A DNA stretch of 64,000 nucleotides from an uncultured Candidatus Saccharibacteria bacterium (GCA_964616425.1 CAZTQY010000002.1:2910-66909); one strand, 5' to 3'; positions 35,956 through 45,809 are shown, numbered from the stretch's first letter. Made by a program: numbers and translations. Notes: generated by a model not told the origin, from the sequence alone.

Positions 35956-36333
35956 TTACTTGGTTTTGCGCCTCTTCCTGTCGGTGAAGTCCTGCTGGAG
36001 CCAAGCGTCCACGTCGACTCCCCGAGAATCAAGGATGGAGCACCAAACCATGATGGCTGTGTCTCCGATGCCTTCGTACTCCATCAACTGATGGAGGTCA
36101 ATCCTCCGGGCGAGCTCGTGCACTCCCTTGGGTTTGAACCTTTGCAAAACGAGATCGAGATTGGCGGCAGCGAAGAAGTTCGCAGTTTCCGCCTTCACAA
36201 CCATGTCACGTCGGGTGAACTGGTCTTTGCCGACCTGTACAATCGTCTCAGGGAGACGATCGACGTAGTTCTTACCGATGTGGTCTTTCCAGCGTTTGTG
36301 TGCCATGTACGCCACTCCTTTGAGGCGTTTCAA
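35956..36333 (-). CDS. Hypothetical GC-rich protein (about 55% GC)
   Basis: 125-aa ORF, MKRLKGVAYMAHKRWKDHIGKNYVDRLPETIV... Composition differs from the flanking ribosomal genes. The plus-strand ORF 35953..36336 is its mirror artefact. Confidence 0.45.
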   Translation of the reverse strand: MKRLKGVAYMAHKRWKDHIGKNYVDRLPETIVQVGKDQFTRRDMVVKAETANFFAAANLDLVLQRFKPKGVHELARRIDLHQLMEYEGIGDTAIMVWCSILDSRGVDVDAWLQQDFTDRKRRKTK

Positions 36334-36408
36334 TGATAATTATATCACTTTATATGTACATGTCAAGTACTTTTAAGTAAGAAAAAACGCCCAACTGGGC
36401 GCTAGTTC

Positions 36409-36681
36409 CTATATAACGTGGATGACTTTCTTTACGTGAGTCGTGTTGTCGAAATGCATCTTTCGCTTTGTTCCAAACTTAACTTTTCCGGATATAAGAG
36501 AAAAGATAGTGTGGTCCTTGCCCATAGATACTCCTTTTCCAGGAAGAACGTCAGTTCCTCTCTGTCGGATAAGTATTGAGCCGGCCTGTGCCAAATCTCC
36601 TTCGGTGATTTTAACACCCAAGTATTTTGGATTTGAATCTCGGCCGTTTTTGGTTGTTCCCGCGGACTTTTTATGTGCCAT
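36409..36681 (-). CDS. rpmA: 50S ribosomal protein L27
   Basis: [24 protein letters not shown], 90 aa. Confidence 0.9.
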   Translation of the reverse strand: MAHKKSAGTTKNGRDSNPKYLGVKITEGDLAQAGSILIRQRGTDVLPGKGVSMGKDHTIFSLISGKVKFGTKRKMHFDNTTHVKKVIHVI

Positions 36682-36707
36682 GACTAATTAATATATGATA
36701 AAATGTT

Positions 36708-37112
36708 GTGGATATGAGTATAAATGATTTATATGAAAAAATCAAGCCTTTTTATACCATACTTCTAGTGTTGGTTATTTGTGGGATAATCGCCTCATTA
36801 GTTAAGCTATCTATGCTTGAAAATGGTAAAACTGGCATTAAAATCAGTTATCCAAATGCTGAAATGGCTAGTTTGGTCCTAGTTTCTACTCAGGATGAAG
36901 CCTCTAATGGTGTAGCCTCTAGTCTAACTCAAGATCCATCTTCTACTCAGTCAGGAGAGGTTATTGGTTCAAAGTCTGGAAAGAAATATTATTTTCCATG
37001 GTGCGGAACTGTAAAAAGAATTAAACCAGAGAATCAAGTTCATTTTGTTTCGATTGATGAGGCAAAAAAAGCGGGCTTTACACCGGGAGGAAATTGTAAA
37101 GGCCTAAAGTAG
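36708..37112 (+). CDS. Membrane-anchored protein with a C-terminal Cys-containing Ada-like metal-binding motif
   Basis: N-terminal TM, low-complexity linker, then C-terminal YYFPWCG...EAKKAGFTPGGNC. Confidence 0.35.
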   Translation: MDMSINDLYEKIKPFYTILLVLVICGIIASLVKLSMLENGKTGIKISYPNAEMASLVLVSTQDEASNGVASSLTQDPSSTQSGEVIGSKSGKKYYFPWCGTVKRIKPENQVHFVSIDEAKKAGFTPGGNCKGLK

Positions 37113-37127
37113 TCCGGTCCTTTTTCC

Positions 37128-37232
37128 TAAATTTCTTTGTTGTTCGTTTGCGTTTGCTCCACGCGCAGTATACTTATACAGCTTGGTCGCAAGCCGCACT
37201 CACGCCTCGAACTTTAGAAAAAATTTACCGGA
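37128..37232 (+). repeat. Dispersed intergenic repeat (GUAC-hairpin family, second subtype)
   Basis: tttgttgttcgtttgcgtttgctccacgcgcagtatacttatacagcttggtcgcaagccgcactcacgcctcgaacttta. Confidence 0.65.
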
Positions 37233-37293
37233 CTCAATTTAAATAATCCACTTGTTTATTTTAAGTTCATGAAAAATATGTTACAGTATTTTT

Positions 37294-38886
37294 ATGCAAT
37301 ATCTTACATTTATAGCGAGAGTTAAGTCTCTTTTTACAAAGAAACGAGTCATTTGGGGTTTAGTAATAATTTTCCTTATTTTCATTGGATGGTTTTTCTT
37401 TATTAGAAAGCCAAACAATTCTAGTGTGCAAACAGCTCAAGTTGTTAAAAAAGATATAAAAAGAACTGTTCTAACAACCGGTCAAGTTGTGAGTTCAATC
37501 GATCTCAGTTTAAGTTTCCAATCCAGCGGTGTGGTTAGAAGAATCAACGTAAAAGAAGGGGATAACGTATATGCAGGTCAGGTTTTGGCCGTGCTTGATC
37601 AAGGTAATGTATCTGGAAGTCTAGAGAGTGCAAAAGGTGCTCTAGCTCAGGCCAAGGCAAATTATGAGAAAGTTAAGGCTGCTGCAAGTGCCCAAGATAT
37701 AGCTGTCAGTCAGGCGTCTGTTGATTCCGCAACGGTAACTCTGGAGAATGCAAAACAGGATCTGATTAATGAAATTACAAATGCTTATAACAATGCAAAT
37801 ACGGCTATCTTGTCTTATACGAACATTTTGTACTCAAATCCACAGTCAAATTATCCTCAGTTTAGTATTGCTGGCACAGTTCAAACAAATGCTCAAGCAG
37901 TTAGTAATGCCAATAATGATCGTGTAGTTATAAATGGTTTACTAGCATCTTGGCAAGTCAGCGTCTACTCTTTGACAGAAGCAAATATGGAGCAAGTTGC
38001 TACAGAATCACTAAATAATTTGTTGAAAGTTGGAAGTTATTTAAATAATATAATTAATATTTTAACTTCGTACACACAGGTTGCAACTGGTGGAAGTCAA
38101 ACATCTCTTACTACATATCAAACTGGAGTTGCTACTGCAAAAAGTACAGTTGATACATCATACACAGCTATATTGAATGACCTCCAAGCGATAAAAACAG
38201 CTAGTTATGCATTGGCTTCAGCTAAGGCTTCTCTGGCTCTAAAACAATCTCCCGCTAGACCAGAAGATATCAGTATTGCAGAGGCGCAGGTTCAGTCTGC
38301 ACAAGGTCAGTACGATTTGGCTTTATCGGCATTAAATAACACAGTGATCGTCGCGCCAGAAAGTGGAACTATTACACAAGTAGATATAAAACTTGGTGAA
38401 CAGGCCACTGCAATGAAAGAAGTTATAAAACTTCTAAATGTTGGACAGCTACACACAGAGGCGCAGGTTAGTGAGGCTGATATTGCTTCAGTTTTTGTTG
38501 GACAAACGATAGACAACACTTTTGATGCTTTGGGTCCAGATAAACATTTTGAAAGTAAAGTTTTGACAGTAAATCCAGCTGCGACACTCGTCTCTGGTGT
38601 GGTTAACTACAAAATAACAGGAAGTTTGGAAAATATTCCAGAAGTTAGACCTGGTATGACATCCAACATGACTATTCTTGTTGCAGAAAAGAAAGATGTA
38701 TTAGTTGCTCCTTCATCTTCGATAATAAATCAAGATGGTAAGAAATTTGTGAGAATAATCGATGATCCAAAAACAAAAACATATCATCAGGTTGAAGTAA
38801 CTACTGGACTTGAAGCAGATGGTGGGGAAGTTGAGGTGTTATCTGGATTGACTACAGACAATCAAGTTGTGACTTACATTAAATAA
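37294..38886 (+). CDS. HlyD/MacA-family periplasmic adaptor (membrane fusion protein)
   Basis: N-terminal TM, biotinyl/lipoyl-like hairpin (VVRRINVKEGDNVYAGQVLAVLD), long coiled-coil, C-terminal beta-barrel domain. Confidence 0.8.
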   Translation: MQYLTFIARVKSLFTKKRVIWGLVIIFLIFIGWFFFIRKPNNSSVQTAQVVKKDIKRTVLTTGQVVSSIDLSLSFQSSGVVRRINVKEGDNVYAGQVLAVLDQGNVSGSLESAKGALAQAKANYEKVKAAASAQDIAVSQASVDSATVTLENAKQDLINEITNAYNNANTAILSYTNILYSNPQSNYPQFSIAGTVQTNAQAVSNANNDRVVINGLLASWQVSVYSLTEANMEQVATESLNNLLKVGSYLNNIINILTSYTQVATGGSQTSLTTYQTGVATAKSTVDTSYTAILNDLQAIKTASYALASAKASLALKQSPARPEDISIAEAQVQSAQGQYDLALSALNNTVIVAPESGTITQVDIKLGEQATAMKEVIKLLNVGQLHTEAQVSEADIASVFVGQTIDNTFDALGPDKHFESKVLTVNPAATLVSGVVNYKITGSLENIPEVRPGMTSNMTILVAEKKDVLVAPSSSIINQDGKKFVRIIDDPKTKTYHQVEVTTGLEADGGEVEVLSGLTTDNQVVTYIK

Positions 38887-38894
38887 AATAAATA

Positions 38895-39611
38895 ATGCCA
38901 ATAATACGTACAGAAAACCTACAAAAAGAATATTTTAATGAAGGGGTTGGTACTCCAGTATTGTTTGGAGTTAACTTTATTATGGAAAAAGGTGAGTTTG
39001 TTGCAATCATGGGCCCTTCAGGTTCAGGAAAATCAACTCTCATGCATATACTAGGCTTTCTAGACAAGGCTACTGCTGGTTTGTATGAGTTTGAAGGACA
39101 GGACACGAGAAACTTTGACAAAGATTATCTAGCGAAACTTAGAAATGAGCGAATAGGTTTCGTCTTCCAATCTTTTAATCTACTTTCTAGAACAACAGTT
39201 TTGGACAACGTTAAACTTCCGCTGATGTATAGCAATAAAACAAACCATGATGACTTGGCTAAAAAAGCTTTGGCTGATGTCGGGCTTTCTCATCGTTTGG
39301 GTTACTATACCAACCAGATTTCTGGTGGAGAAAAACAGAGAGTTGCTATTGCTAGAGCTTTGGTTAACGATCCAGCTGTTATTTTTGCAGATGAACCAAC
39401 TGGAAACTTGGATTCAAAGTCGGGTAATGCCGTGCTGTCTATTCTTCAGGAACTCAACGCAAAAGGTCACACTATTATTTTGGTTACTCATGAGATGGAC
39501 ACCGCCAATCACGCAAAGAGAATTATTCGTGTAAAGGATGGAATGATTGTGGCAGATGAATTGGTAAAGCATAGAACATTTGCTACAGCAGGAAGCGAGT
39601 TGAAGAAATAG
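38895..39611 (+). CDS. ABC transporter ATP-binding protein (MacB/LolD type)
   Basis: GPSGSGKST Walker A, LSGGEKQR signature, FADEPTGNLD Walker B. Confidence 0.9.
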   Translation: MPIIRTENLQKEYFNEGVGTPVLFGVNFIMEKGEFVAIMGPSGSGKSTLMHILGFLDKATAGLYEFEGQDTRNFDKDYLAKLRNERIGFVFQSFNLLSRTTVLDNVKLPLMYSNKTNHDDLAKKALADVGLSHRLGYYTNQISGGEKQRVAIARALVNDPAVIFADEPTGNLDSKSGNAVLSILQELNAKGHTIILVTHEMDTANHAKRIIRVKDGMIVADELVKHRTFATAGSELKK

Positions 39612-39625
39612 TTTCTTAAAACAAA

Positions 39626-40897
39626 ATGGGTTTTACATCTACCATAAAAGCAACAGTAAAAAACTTACTGGCCAGAAAGGGTCGAACTTTTTTGACGATG
39701 CTCGGTATCATTATTGGTGTTGCTGGAGTGATAATTATTATCTCACTTGGTGCTGGTGCTCAAAGTTTAGTTTTGGGACAAGTAAATAAACTTGGTTCAA
39801 ACCTGCTAAGTATTCAACCTGGAAAAAGTGATACAAACGGTCCACCAGCCCAAGTGTATGGGGTTATTATAACTTCTCTTATCGAAGATGATGCGATGGC
39901 TCTCCGATCACAAGTGCCCCACGCTTCAGCTGTTAATTCACTCGTAAGAGGTGTTGGAACTGTTACCTGGCAAAATAAAACTATTGATACCAATTTTGTT
40001 GGAACAGACTCTGGTTATTCAGCTGTAGTTGATTTTACAATGAGTGATGGAGCTTTTATGAACCAGTCAGAGGCAGATGGTGGGGCGAACGTGGTAGTTC
40101 TCGGTTCTACTGTTGCAGACTCACTTTTCAAGGGAACTGGTGTAGATCCAATAGGTCAAGTTATAAAAGTAAAAACGTCGACAGCATCCAACTCAGGGAG
40201 TTTGGGTATACCACTTCGTATAGTCGGAGTGGTGAACCCACGAGGTAGTGCATTTTTCCAGGACCAAGATGACCAAATATTTGTTCCTCTTGCTATTGGC
40301 CAAAGTCAGTTGTTAGGAATCCGCTATCTTCAAGTAATAAACATGAAAGTGGATAAGGCAGATAATATTGATCAGACTATAGTTGATGTGACTAGAGTTC
40401 TAAAACAAAGACATCATATCTTAACTGATGATAATATTGATTTTACTGTTAGAAACCAAGCTACAGCTATCGGACTTCTAACAACTATAACAAACGCATT
40501 GAGTTTGTTTCTAACTTCTATGGCCGCTGTATCTCTACTGGTTGGTGGAATTGGTATTTTAAATATAATGTTGGTAACTGTTGCAGAGAGGACAAGAGAG
40601 ATTGGTCTTCGCAAAGCGGTGGGAGCAACAAATAAAAATATTATGAAGCAGTTTTTGATTGAGTCTGGTATTTTAACAGCACTTGGTGGTCTTATTGGTA
40701 TAATAGTCGGTGTCATCATTTCCTATTTAATGTCTGTTTTGATGAACTATCTCGGTTATGACTGGGCATTTGTTATATCTCTTTGGTCGGTCGTTTTAGC
40801 AATCTCAGTGTCGGTTTTGACTGGTGTTATATTCGGACTTTATCCATCATATAAAGCATCAAAGCTTGATCCGATAGATGCTTTAAGATACGAATAA
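39626..40897 (+). CDS. ABC transporter permease (FtsX/MacB-like)
   Basis: N-terminal TM, large periplasmic domain, C-terminal FtsX 3-TM bundle. Confidence 0.8.
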   Translation: MGFTSTIKATVKNLLARKGRTFLTMLGIIIGVAGVIIIISLGAGAQSLVLGQVNKLGSNLLSIQPGKSDTNGPPAQVYGVIITSLIEDDAMALRSQVPHASAVNSLVRGVGTVTWQNKTIDTNFVGTDSGYSAVVDFTMSDGAFMNQSEADGGANVVVLGSTVADSLFKGTGVDPIGQVIKVKTSTASNSGSLGIPLRIVGVVNPRGSAFFQDQDDQIFVPLAIGQSQLLGIRYLQVINMKVDKADNIDQTIVDVTRVLKQRHHILTDDNIDFTVRNQATAIGLLTTITNALSLFLTSMAAVSLLVGGIGILNIMLVTVAERTREIGLRKAVGATNKNIMKQFLIESGILTALGGLIGIIVGVIISYLMSVLMNYLGYDWAFVISLWSVVLAISVSVLTGVIFGLYPSYKASKLDPIDALRYE

Positions 40898-40898
40898 A

Positions 40899-42143
40899 AT
40901 GATTAAACTACTAAAACAATCCATCAAAGCATTGAGCGCCAACAAGGGCAGAACTTTTTTGACGATGCTTGGTATTATCATTGGTATCGCAACTGTTGTG
41001 TTGGTGCTTTCTGCTGGTGAAGGTTTTAGAAGTCTGATCAACTCACAGGTAGCAACACTTGGAACAAACACTCTTTTCATACAAACACGTGTTCCTCCAA
41101 CAACGAAAAACCGAGCTAGTAACAGTTCGGGTCCTGGAGGTTCTTTTACTGGAGTAACAATAACAAGTTTCAAAGAACGTGATCTAGATAATATTAAAAA
41201 ACTTTCCAACGTAGAGGGTGCATATGGAATTGTGACAGGCCAAATCTCATCAAGTTACAGAAGTAACAAAAAGACAGTTATATATTATGGTGCTGGTGCA
41301 GAGCGATTTAGTATTGATAAAAGTGAACTATCATCTGGAAGATTTTATACAGAGAGTGAGGACAGTGGAGGGGCTCAAGTAGTAATACTCGGTAGCAACG
41401 TTGCTAGTGATTTGTTCGGCCAAGACGAACCTGTTGGAAAACTTTTGCGTCTCGGCAGTTTAAATTTTCTAGTTATTGGTGTTTACAAACCACAGGGGGC
41501 TTTGAGTGGAAACGATGATTTAGTTTTCATGCCATTAACAACCGCTCAGAAAAAAATGTTGGGTGTGGATTACATTTCTGTCGGTATAGTTGCTCTCCGA
41601 GACATTAACCTCAGTGACGCAACAGCAGAAGAAATAAAAGCAGTTATGCGAGATAACCATTCTATAACCAACCCTGACAAAGACGACTTTGATGTGCAAA
41701 CACAGGCTCAAGCGCTAGAAACATTCAATACTATTTTTGGTGGCGTGACTTATCTTCTGGTTGCCATAGCCGCGATATCACTTATCGTTGGGGGAGTTGG
41801 GATTATGAACATTATGTACGTTGTTGTGACAGAGAGAACATCTGAAATAGGTTTGAAAAAAGCTATTGGTGCGCGCGAGTCTGATATTTTGAAAGAATTT
41901 TTGCTCGAAGCTGTTTTGGTCACTGTTTTCGGGGGGATAATAGGTCTTTTGTTCGGATCGTTTCTGGGATTTATAATTTCGGTCATTGCTCAGTCGTTTA
42001 ACCTAGAGTGGACATTTTCTGTACCGCTGTATGCCATTTTCATCGCATTCGGAGTTTCTGGAGCGATCGGTATTTTCTTTGGAGTTTTTCCGGCGAGGTC
42101 TGCCGCCAAGATGGATCCGATTGAAGCACTTCGCTATGAATAG
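40899..42143 (+). CDS. ABC transporter permease (FtsX/MacB-like), second copy
   Basis: Same architecture as the previous gene. Translationally coupled to it. Confidence 0.8.
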   Translation: MIKLLKQSIKALSANKGRTFLTMLGIIIGIATVVLVLSAGEGFRSLINSQVATLGTNTLFIQTRVPPTTKNRASNSSGPGGSFTGVTITSFKERDLDNIKKLSNVEGAYGIVTGQISSSYRSNKKTVIYYGAGAERFSIDKSELSSGRFYTESEDSGGAQVVILGSNVASDLFGQDEPVGKLLRLGSLNFLVIGVYKPQGALSGNDDLVFMPLTTAQKKMLGVDYISVGIVALRDINLSDATAEEIKAVMRDNHSITNPDKDDFDVQTQAQALETFNTIFGGVTYLLVAIAAISLIVGGVGIMNIMYVVVTERTSEIGLKKAIGARESDILKEFLLEAVLVTVFGGIIGLLFGSFLGFIISVIAQSFNLEWTFSVPLYAIFIAFGVSGAIGIFFGVFPARSAAKMDPIEALRYE

Positions 42144-42164
42144 TTAAAACTTCCAAAACTGGCG

Positions 42165-42270
42165 AATTTCTATGTTCTCGAATTTGTTTCCTTCACGCGG
42201 AGTACATTTGTACACCTTGGTCGTAAACAAATCCTGCGAACTACGAACTTCACTCAGTTTGTGAAAGTTT
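42165..42270 (+). repeat. Dispersed intergenic repeat (GUAC-hairpin family, second subtype)
   Basis: aatttctatgttctcgaatttgtttccttcacgcggagtacatttgtacaccttggtcgtaaacaaatcctgcgaactacgaacttcact. About 75% identical to the 37128 copy. Confidence 0.65.
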
Positions 42271-42302
42271 AATTTGTATTTAATTGTGATATATTCATTA
42301 AT

Positions 42303-42821
42303 ATGAAACTAACTTATGCAGACATAATTTCATCACTTGCACTTATTACAGCAACTGCTGCATTAGTCTGGAATATAATTAGAGATCTAATATTAGATAG
42401 AGTGTCAATTAAGTTAGATATTAAATTTGGAGAAATTGGGAATATTAAAAATTCAATGACTGCATTATTTGTTGAAGCGGGAAGCTTAAAACCAGTTCAC
42501 AAGTTTGATAAGGTTGGAATGCTTGTCAAAATAATAAATACTGGGAGAAGAGAAATTGTTGTAAGTGGTGTGGGTGGAAAATTAATAGATGGTAACGATA
42601 TATCAATGGCTGTTGACGGTCTTCCTAAACTACTAAAACCATATGAAGAATTTTCGAGCCTATCTGAAATTAAAGTTGACTTCAAGGATATGATTATTAA
42701 TAAAAAAATACTTGAGTTGTGGGCAAAAGATACAAAGGGTAAGAAGTGGTTTTTGACAGCTCAATCATGGAAGAATTTAAGCGATAGTGCCGAATATATT
42801 AATCTTAATAAGCATATTTAA
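42303..42821 (+). CDS. Hypothetical protein with an N-terminal TM
   Basis: 172-aa ORF downstream of the exporter operon. Confidence 0.35.
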   Translation: MKLTYADIISSLALITATAALVWNIIRDLILDRVSIKLDIKFGEIGNIKNSMTALFVEAGSLKPVHKFDKVGMLVKIINTGRREIVVSGVGGKLIDGNDISMAVDGLPKLLKPYEEFSSLSEIKVDFKDMIINKKILELWAKDTKGKKWFLTAQSWKNLSDSAEYINLNKHI

Positions 42822-42827
42822 AATAAA

Positions 42828-42886
42828 TGAAAACCGCGAGATGCGTGAGACTTGCGTCTCGCGATTCTCGCGGTTGGTCCTGACTC
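42828..42886. terminator. Bidirectional terminator-like complex hairpin at a convergent gene junction
   Basis: aaaaccgcgagatgcgtgagacttgcgtctcgcgattctcgcggtt. Confidence 0.5.
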
Positions 42887-42915
42887 TCGTCAGTGTTTTC
42901 GTTGTCGGACGACAA

Positions 42916-44784
42916 CTACTTCGATGGCTTATAAGCCCGTCCAGTGATGCTACCTTCGTGCCGAGCCATGATCTCGGAAGCGCGCTGGTTGTACACCTGC
43001 GCAGTTTCGATATCAATGTTCGTGAAGTAGTGATACCAGGCTTCTTCAACACTGGTCGGAACAACTAAGTCCGACGCGTGCTTTCCAAAGCTGTGATGCC
43101 ACTGCTCCGACGAAATCTCTTTTCCGGCAATCGCTGCAAGCGTGCGAGCCTTCTCGTAGCTCGTGAATACTTCGCTGACTGGCGAACCGAAGTTCAACCA
43201 ATACAGATCAGTTTCCACGAGATCGAGTTGAGACCCGAGCGTCGCAATCGACCACTCAAGAAATTCGATACTCCGCTCACAAGAGTCGGTTGTCTCACCT
43301 GGAGATCCGAAGATCAAGGAATAGTGGAGATGCGTGCCACTCTTTCGAATGTTGCGCACCGCCTCATAGTTCTCCTCAATCCGCGAACCTTTACCCAAAG
43401 AAGACTTTATGACACCTTGTGCGAGGATTCTGCCGTCACCTGAATCCATCCCTACGTTCACCAGAAGTCGGTCACTCACGAGTGAGAGCCAACTATCAAG
43501 GAGTTCGGGTTGGAGGGCGAGGCCTTGAGCACGACCATAGATTGTCAGAGCATCGAATGAAGCTCCAACTTTCTGCAGTCGTTCTACAAGTGGACGCATC
43601 TCATAAGCTGAATCGGTCGTGTTGAAGATCATGCGGATCCCTAACGACTCGTAAGCTTCGAGTGTACGTCTCAAGTAATCCTCAGAAGGAATACGAATAT
43701 CAGCAACTCCTGCAATCGTGCAGTAACTGCAAACATCCGTACCACGGGTGCGGGTGCACCCCTGAGCAAACAGAGCGATGCCATTTCGGACAGCGTCACC
43801 GTTCTGATGTTTGTGACCGAACACCTTTCGGTAATTCGACCATACCTCTTTCCAGTACGAATCCGGGAAAAGATCAAACTTCGGAACGATGAAGACATCT
43901 TCGACATCGAAGGCGCCTTGTCGCTCAAGTTCCTTTAGGTTCTTGAGTTCTGACATAAGCACCTGCTGGACGTTTGATCGTGCCGATCCGCCACTCATCA
44001 CAGCCACTCCAGGAATTTGAAGCCTTGAGAGCTCCACTTTCCCGAATTGACGGAAGAAGTTACGAATCGACGCGAGGCTATTGGAAGTGAAGACCACATC
44101 AATGGGGTGACCTGGCAAACTCAAGATCTCGTTTGCTCGGAAGATTGCTGAATCGTTTCCAGAGATAACTGCCGAAGCTCCAAGTGTCTTGGCCTGCTTA
44201 GCCAACTCAACTCCGCGTTCCACTCCAGTCACAACGAGACCAAGGCCGACGACATCGCCTGGTTGAACGAGTTTCTCAAGATCGCAATGACCTTGAACGA
44301 GCTCGTCCCACAAGACAACATCATAACCTTCCTCGTGTGCAGCCGTCCCAACGTAGAGCATTCCCAAGTGAGGCCATGTTCGGTATTGTCTACCAACCTC
44401 GACATCCCACAAAGTTTGCTCAACATTGATCAGCACGAAGCGCCGACGAGCTTGCTGTGCGACAGCGAAGAACGCTGATGCACAGAAGATTTCGGGCTTG
44501 CGGGTCAGGTCCGAACGAACAACGATCACCGTATGGTGTTTCTCTGGAATATCGTACAGATGAACGAGCTGATATTTCTTGACCGGATCACGTTCTTCCG
44601 CGATGGCAGCTGATAACCAGTTGTCATGCAGGTTTCTGTTTACGAAAACGTGTCTCTCCACATCGTGATGGATGTAAGCCGGATTCCCGAATATTAGTTC
44701 GGGAATCGCTGCTTCACCTGACCAGACCGTCTCTGTTTTGAACAGGGAGGCGATCATGAGAACTGCGATTACAAGTTTGCGCAT
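42916..44784 (-). CDS. GC-rich (about 50% GC) putative secreted protein with a B12-binding/radical-SAM-like region and a non-canonical Cx7CxxC motif
   Basis: Signal-peptide-like N-terminus MRKLVIAVLMIASLF, a Rossmann-like DVVGLGLVVTGVERGVELAKQAKTLGASAVISG, and a Cys cluster GCTRTRGTDVCSYC. Confidence 0.35.
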   Translation of the reverse strand: MRKLVIAVLMIASLFKTETVWSGEAAIPELIFGNPAYIHHDVERHVFVNRNLHDNWLSAAIAEERDPVKKYQLVHLYDIPEKHHTVIVVRSDLTRKPEIFCASAFFAVAQQARRRFVLINVEQTLWDVEVGRQYRTWPHLGMLYVGTAAHEEGYDVVLWDELVQGHCDLEKLVQPGDVVGLGLVVTGVERGVELAKQAKTLGASAVISGNDSAIFRANEILSLPGHPIDVVFTSNSLASIRNFFRQFGKVELSRLQIPGVAVMSGGSARSNVQQVLMSELKNLKELERQGAFDVEDVFIVPKFDLFPDSYWKEVWSNYRKVFGHKHQNGDAVRNGIALFAQGCTRTRGTDVCSYCTIAGVADIRIPSEDYLRRTLEAYESLGIRMIFNTTDSAYEMRPLVERLQKVGASFDALTIYGRAQGLALQPELLDSWLSLVSDRLLVNVGMDSGDGRILAQGVIKSSLGKGSRIEENYEAVRNIRKSGTHLHYSLIFGSPGETTDSCERSIEFLEWSIATLGSQLDLVETDLYWLNFGSPVSEVFTSYEKARTLAAIAGKEISSEQWHHSFGKHASDLVVPTSVEEAWYHYFTNIDIETAQVYNQRASEIMARHEGSITGRAYKPSK

Positions 44785-44922
44785 GACCTGCCTCCAAGAT
44801 ATAGGGGTTTACAAAGAGCTTTTTCATCCAGTATTATACTCTTATTTTAGTATATTGTCAATGTACTGTTAATAAAAATCAGAATCCTAAACATTTAGAT
44901 ATTTATATGTTAATCTTTCACT

Positions 44923-45807
44923 ATGTCGGAATACACGATACTTTTATTTTATAAATACGTTCATATAGAAAACCCAGAGGAGCTTCGGGATGAGCAGAGG
45001 GCACTTTGTGAAAAGTTGGGTCTAAAAGGGCGAATAATCGTTGCACATGAGGGCATTAACGTTACTGTAGAAGGAACTACAGAAGCCACAAATGAATATT
45101 TAAGGGTCTATCTTGCAGACCCGCGTTTTGCCGACACTCATATAAAGAAAAGCGCGGGAACAGGGAACTCATTTCCAAAACTTTCAGTTAAAGTTCGAAA
45201 AGAAATTGTTTCTCTACATTTGGAAAACGACATCAACCCAAACGAGTTAACTGGGCATCATTTGAAACCAGAAGAACTGAAACAGTGGTATGAATCAGGA
45301 AAGGATTTTGTTGTTATCGATTTCCGAAACGACTATGAGTTTAAAGTTGGTAGATTCAAAAACTCTATCATGCCAACACTACAGAATTTCCGCGACATTC
45401 CAAAAGCTCTAGGTGAGATAGAAGATTTAAAAGATAAAACTGTTTTAACTGTTTGTACTGGAGGTGTGAGGTGTGAAAAAGCTTCAGGACTTTTGAAACG
45501 CGAAGGTTTTAAAGACGTTCACCAGTTGGATGGTGGCATGGTTACATATATGGAAAAGTTTCCTGGTGGGGAGTTCGAGGGATCACTATATGTTTTCGAC
45601 AAACGCATAACAATGACTTTTGATCCGGCAGACAAACACAAAGTGATAGGAAAGTGTGATAAATGCGAAACAGCAAGTGAGAGATATGTAAATTGTAAAT
45701 ATCCTAGATGCAATAAACATTTTATATGTTGCGAAGCTTGCTCTGAGGAGGATGGAAGATCATTCTGTAGTGAGGAATGTCGAGAAAAAGTGATAGTAAC
45801 AGCGTAA
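44923..45807 (+). CDS. trhO: Rhodanese-domain protein of the YceA/TrhO family (tRNA U34 hydroxylase-like) with a C-terminal Cys-rich zinc ribbon
   Basis: ILLFYKY...GRIIVAHEGIN start, a rhodanese CTGGVRCE active-site loop, and a C-terminal CDKCE...CKYPRC...CCEACSEE cluster. Confidence 0.7.
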   Translation: MSEYTILLFYKYVHIENPEELRDEQRALCEKLGLKGRIIVAHEGINVTVEGTTEATNEYLRVYLADPRFADTHIKKSAGTGNSFPKLSVKVRKEIVSLHLENDINPNELTGHHLKPEELKQWYESGKDFVVIDFRNDYEFKVGRFKNSIMPTLQNFRDIPKALGEIEDLKDKTVLTVCTGGVRCEKASGLLKREGFKDVHQLDGGMVTYMEKFPGGEFEGSLYVFDKRITMTFDPADKHKVIGKCDKCETASERYVNCKYPRCNKHFICCEACSEEDGRSFCSEECREKVIVTA

Positions 45808-45809
45808 AA

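Noticed and set aside
35953-36336. Plus-strand 127-aa ORF
   Set aside because: Exact mirror of the minus-strand 35956..36333 ORF in GC-rich DNA. It has no RBS, and its stop-free stretch is a by-product of GC richness.
43078-44478. Plus-strand 68-121 aa ORFs inside the 42916..44784 gene
   Set aside because: Antisense ORFs expected in about 50% GC DNA. The minus-strand 622-aa frame is continuous and has domain-like motifs.
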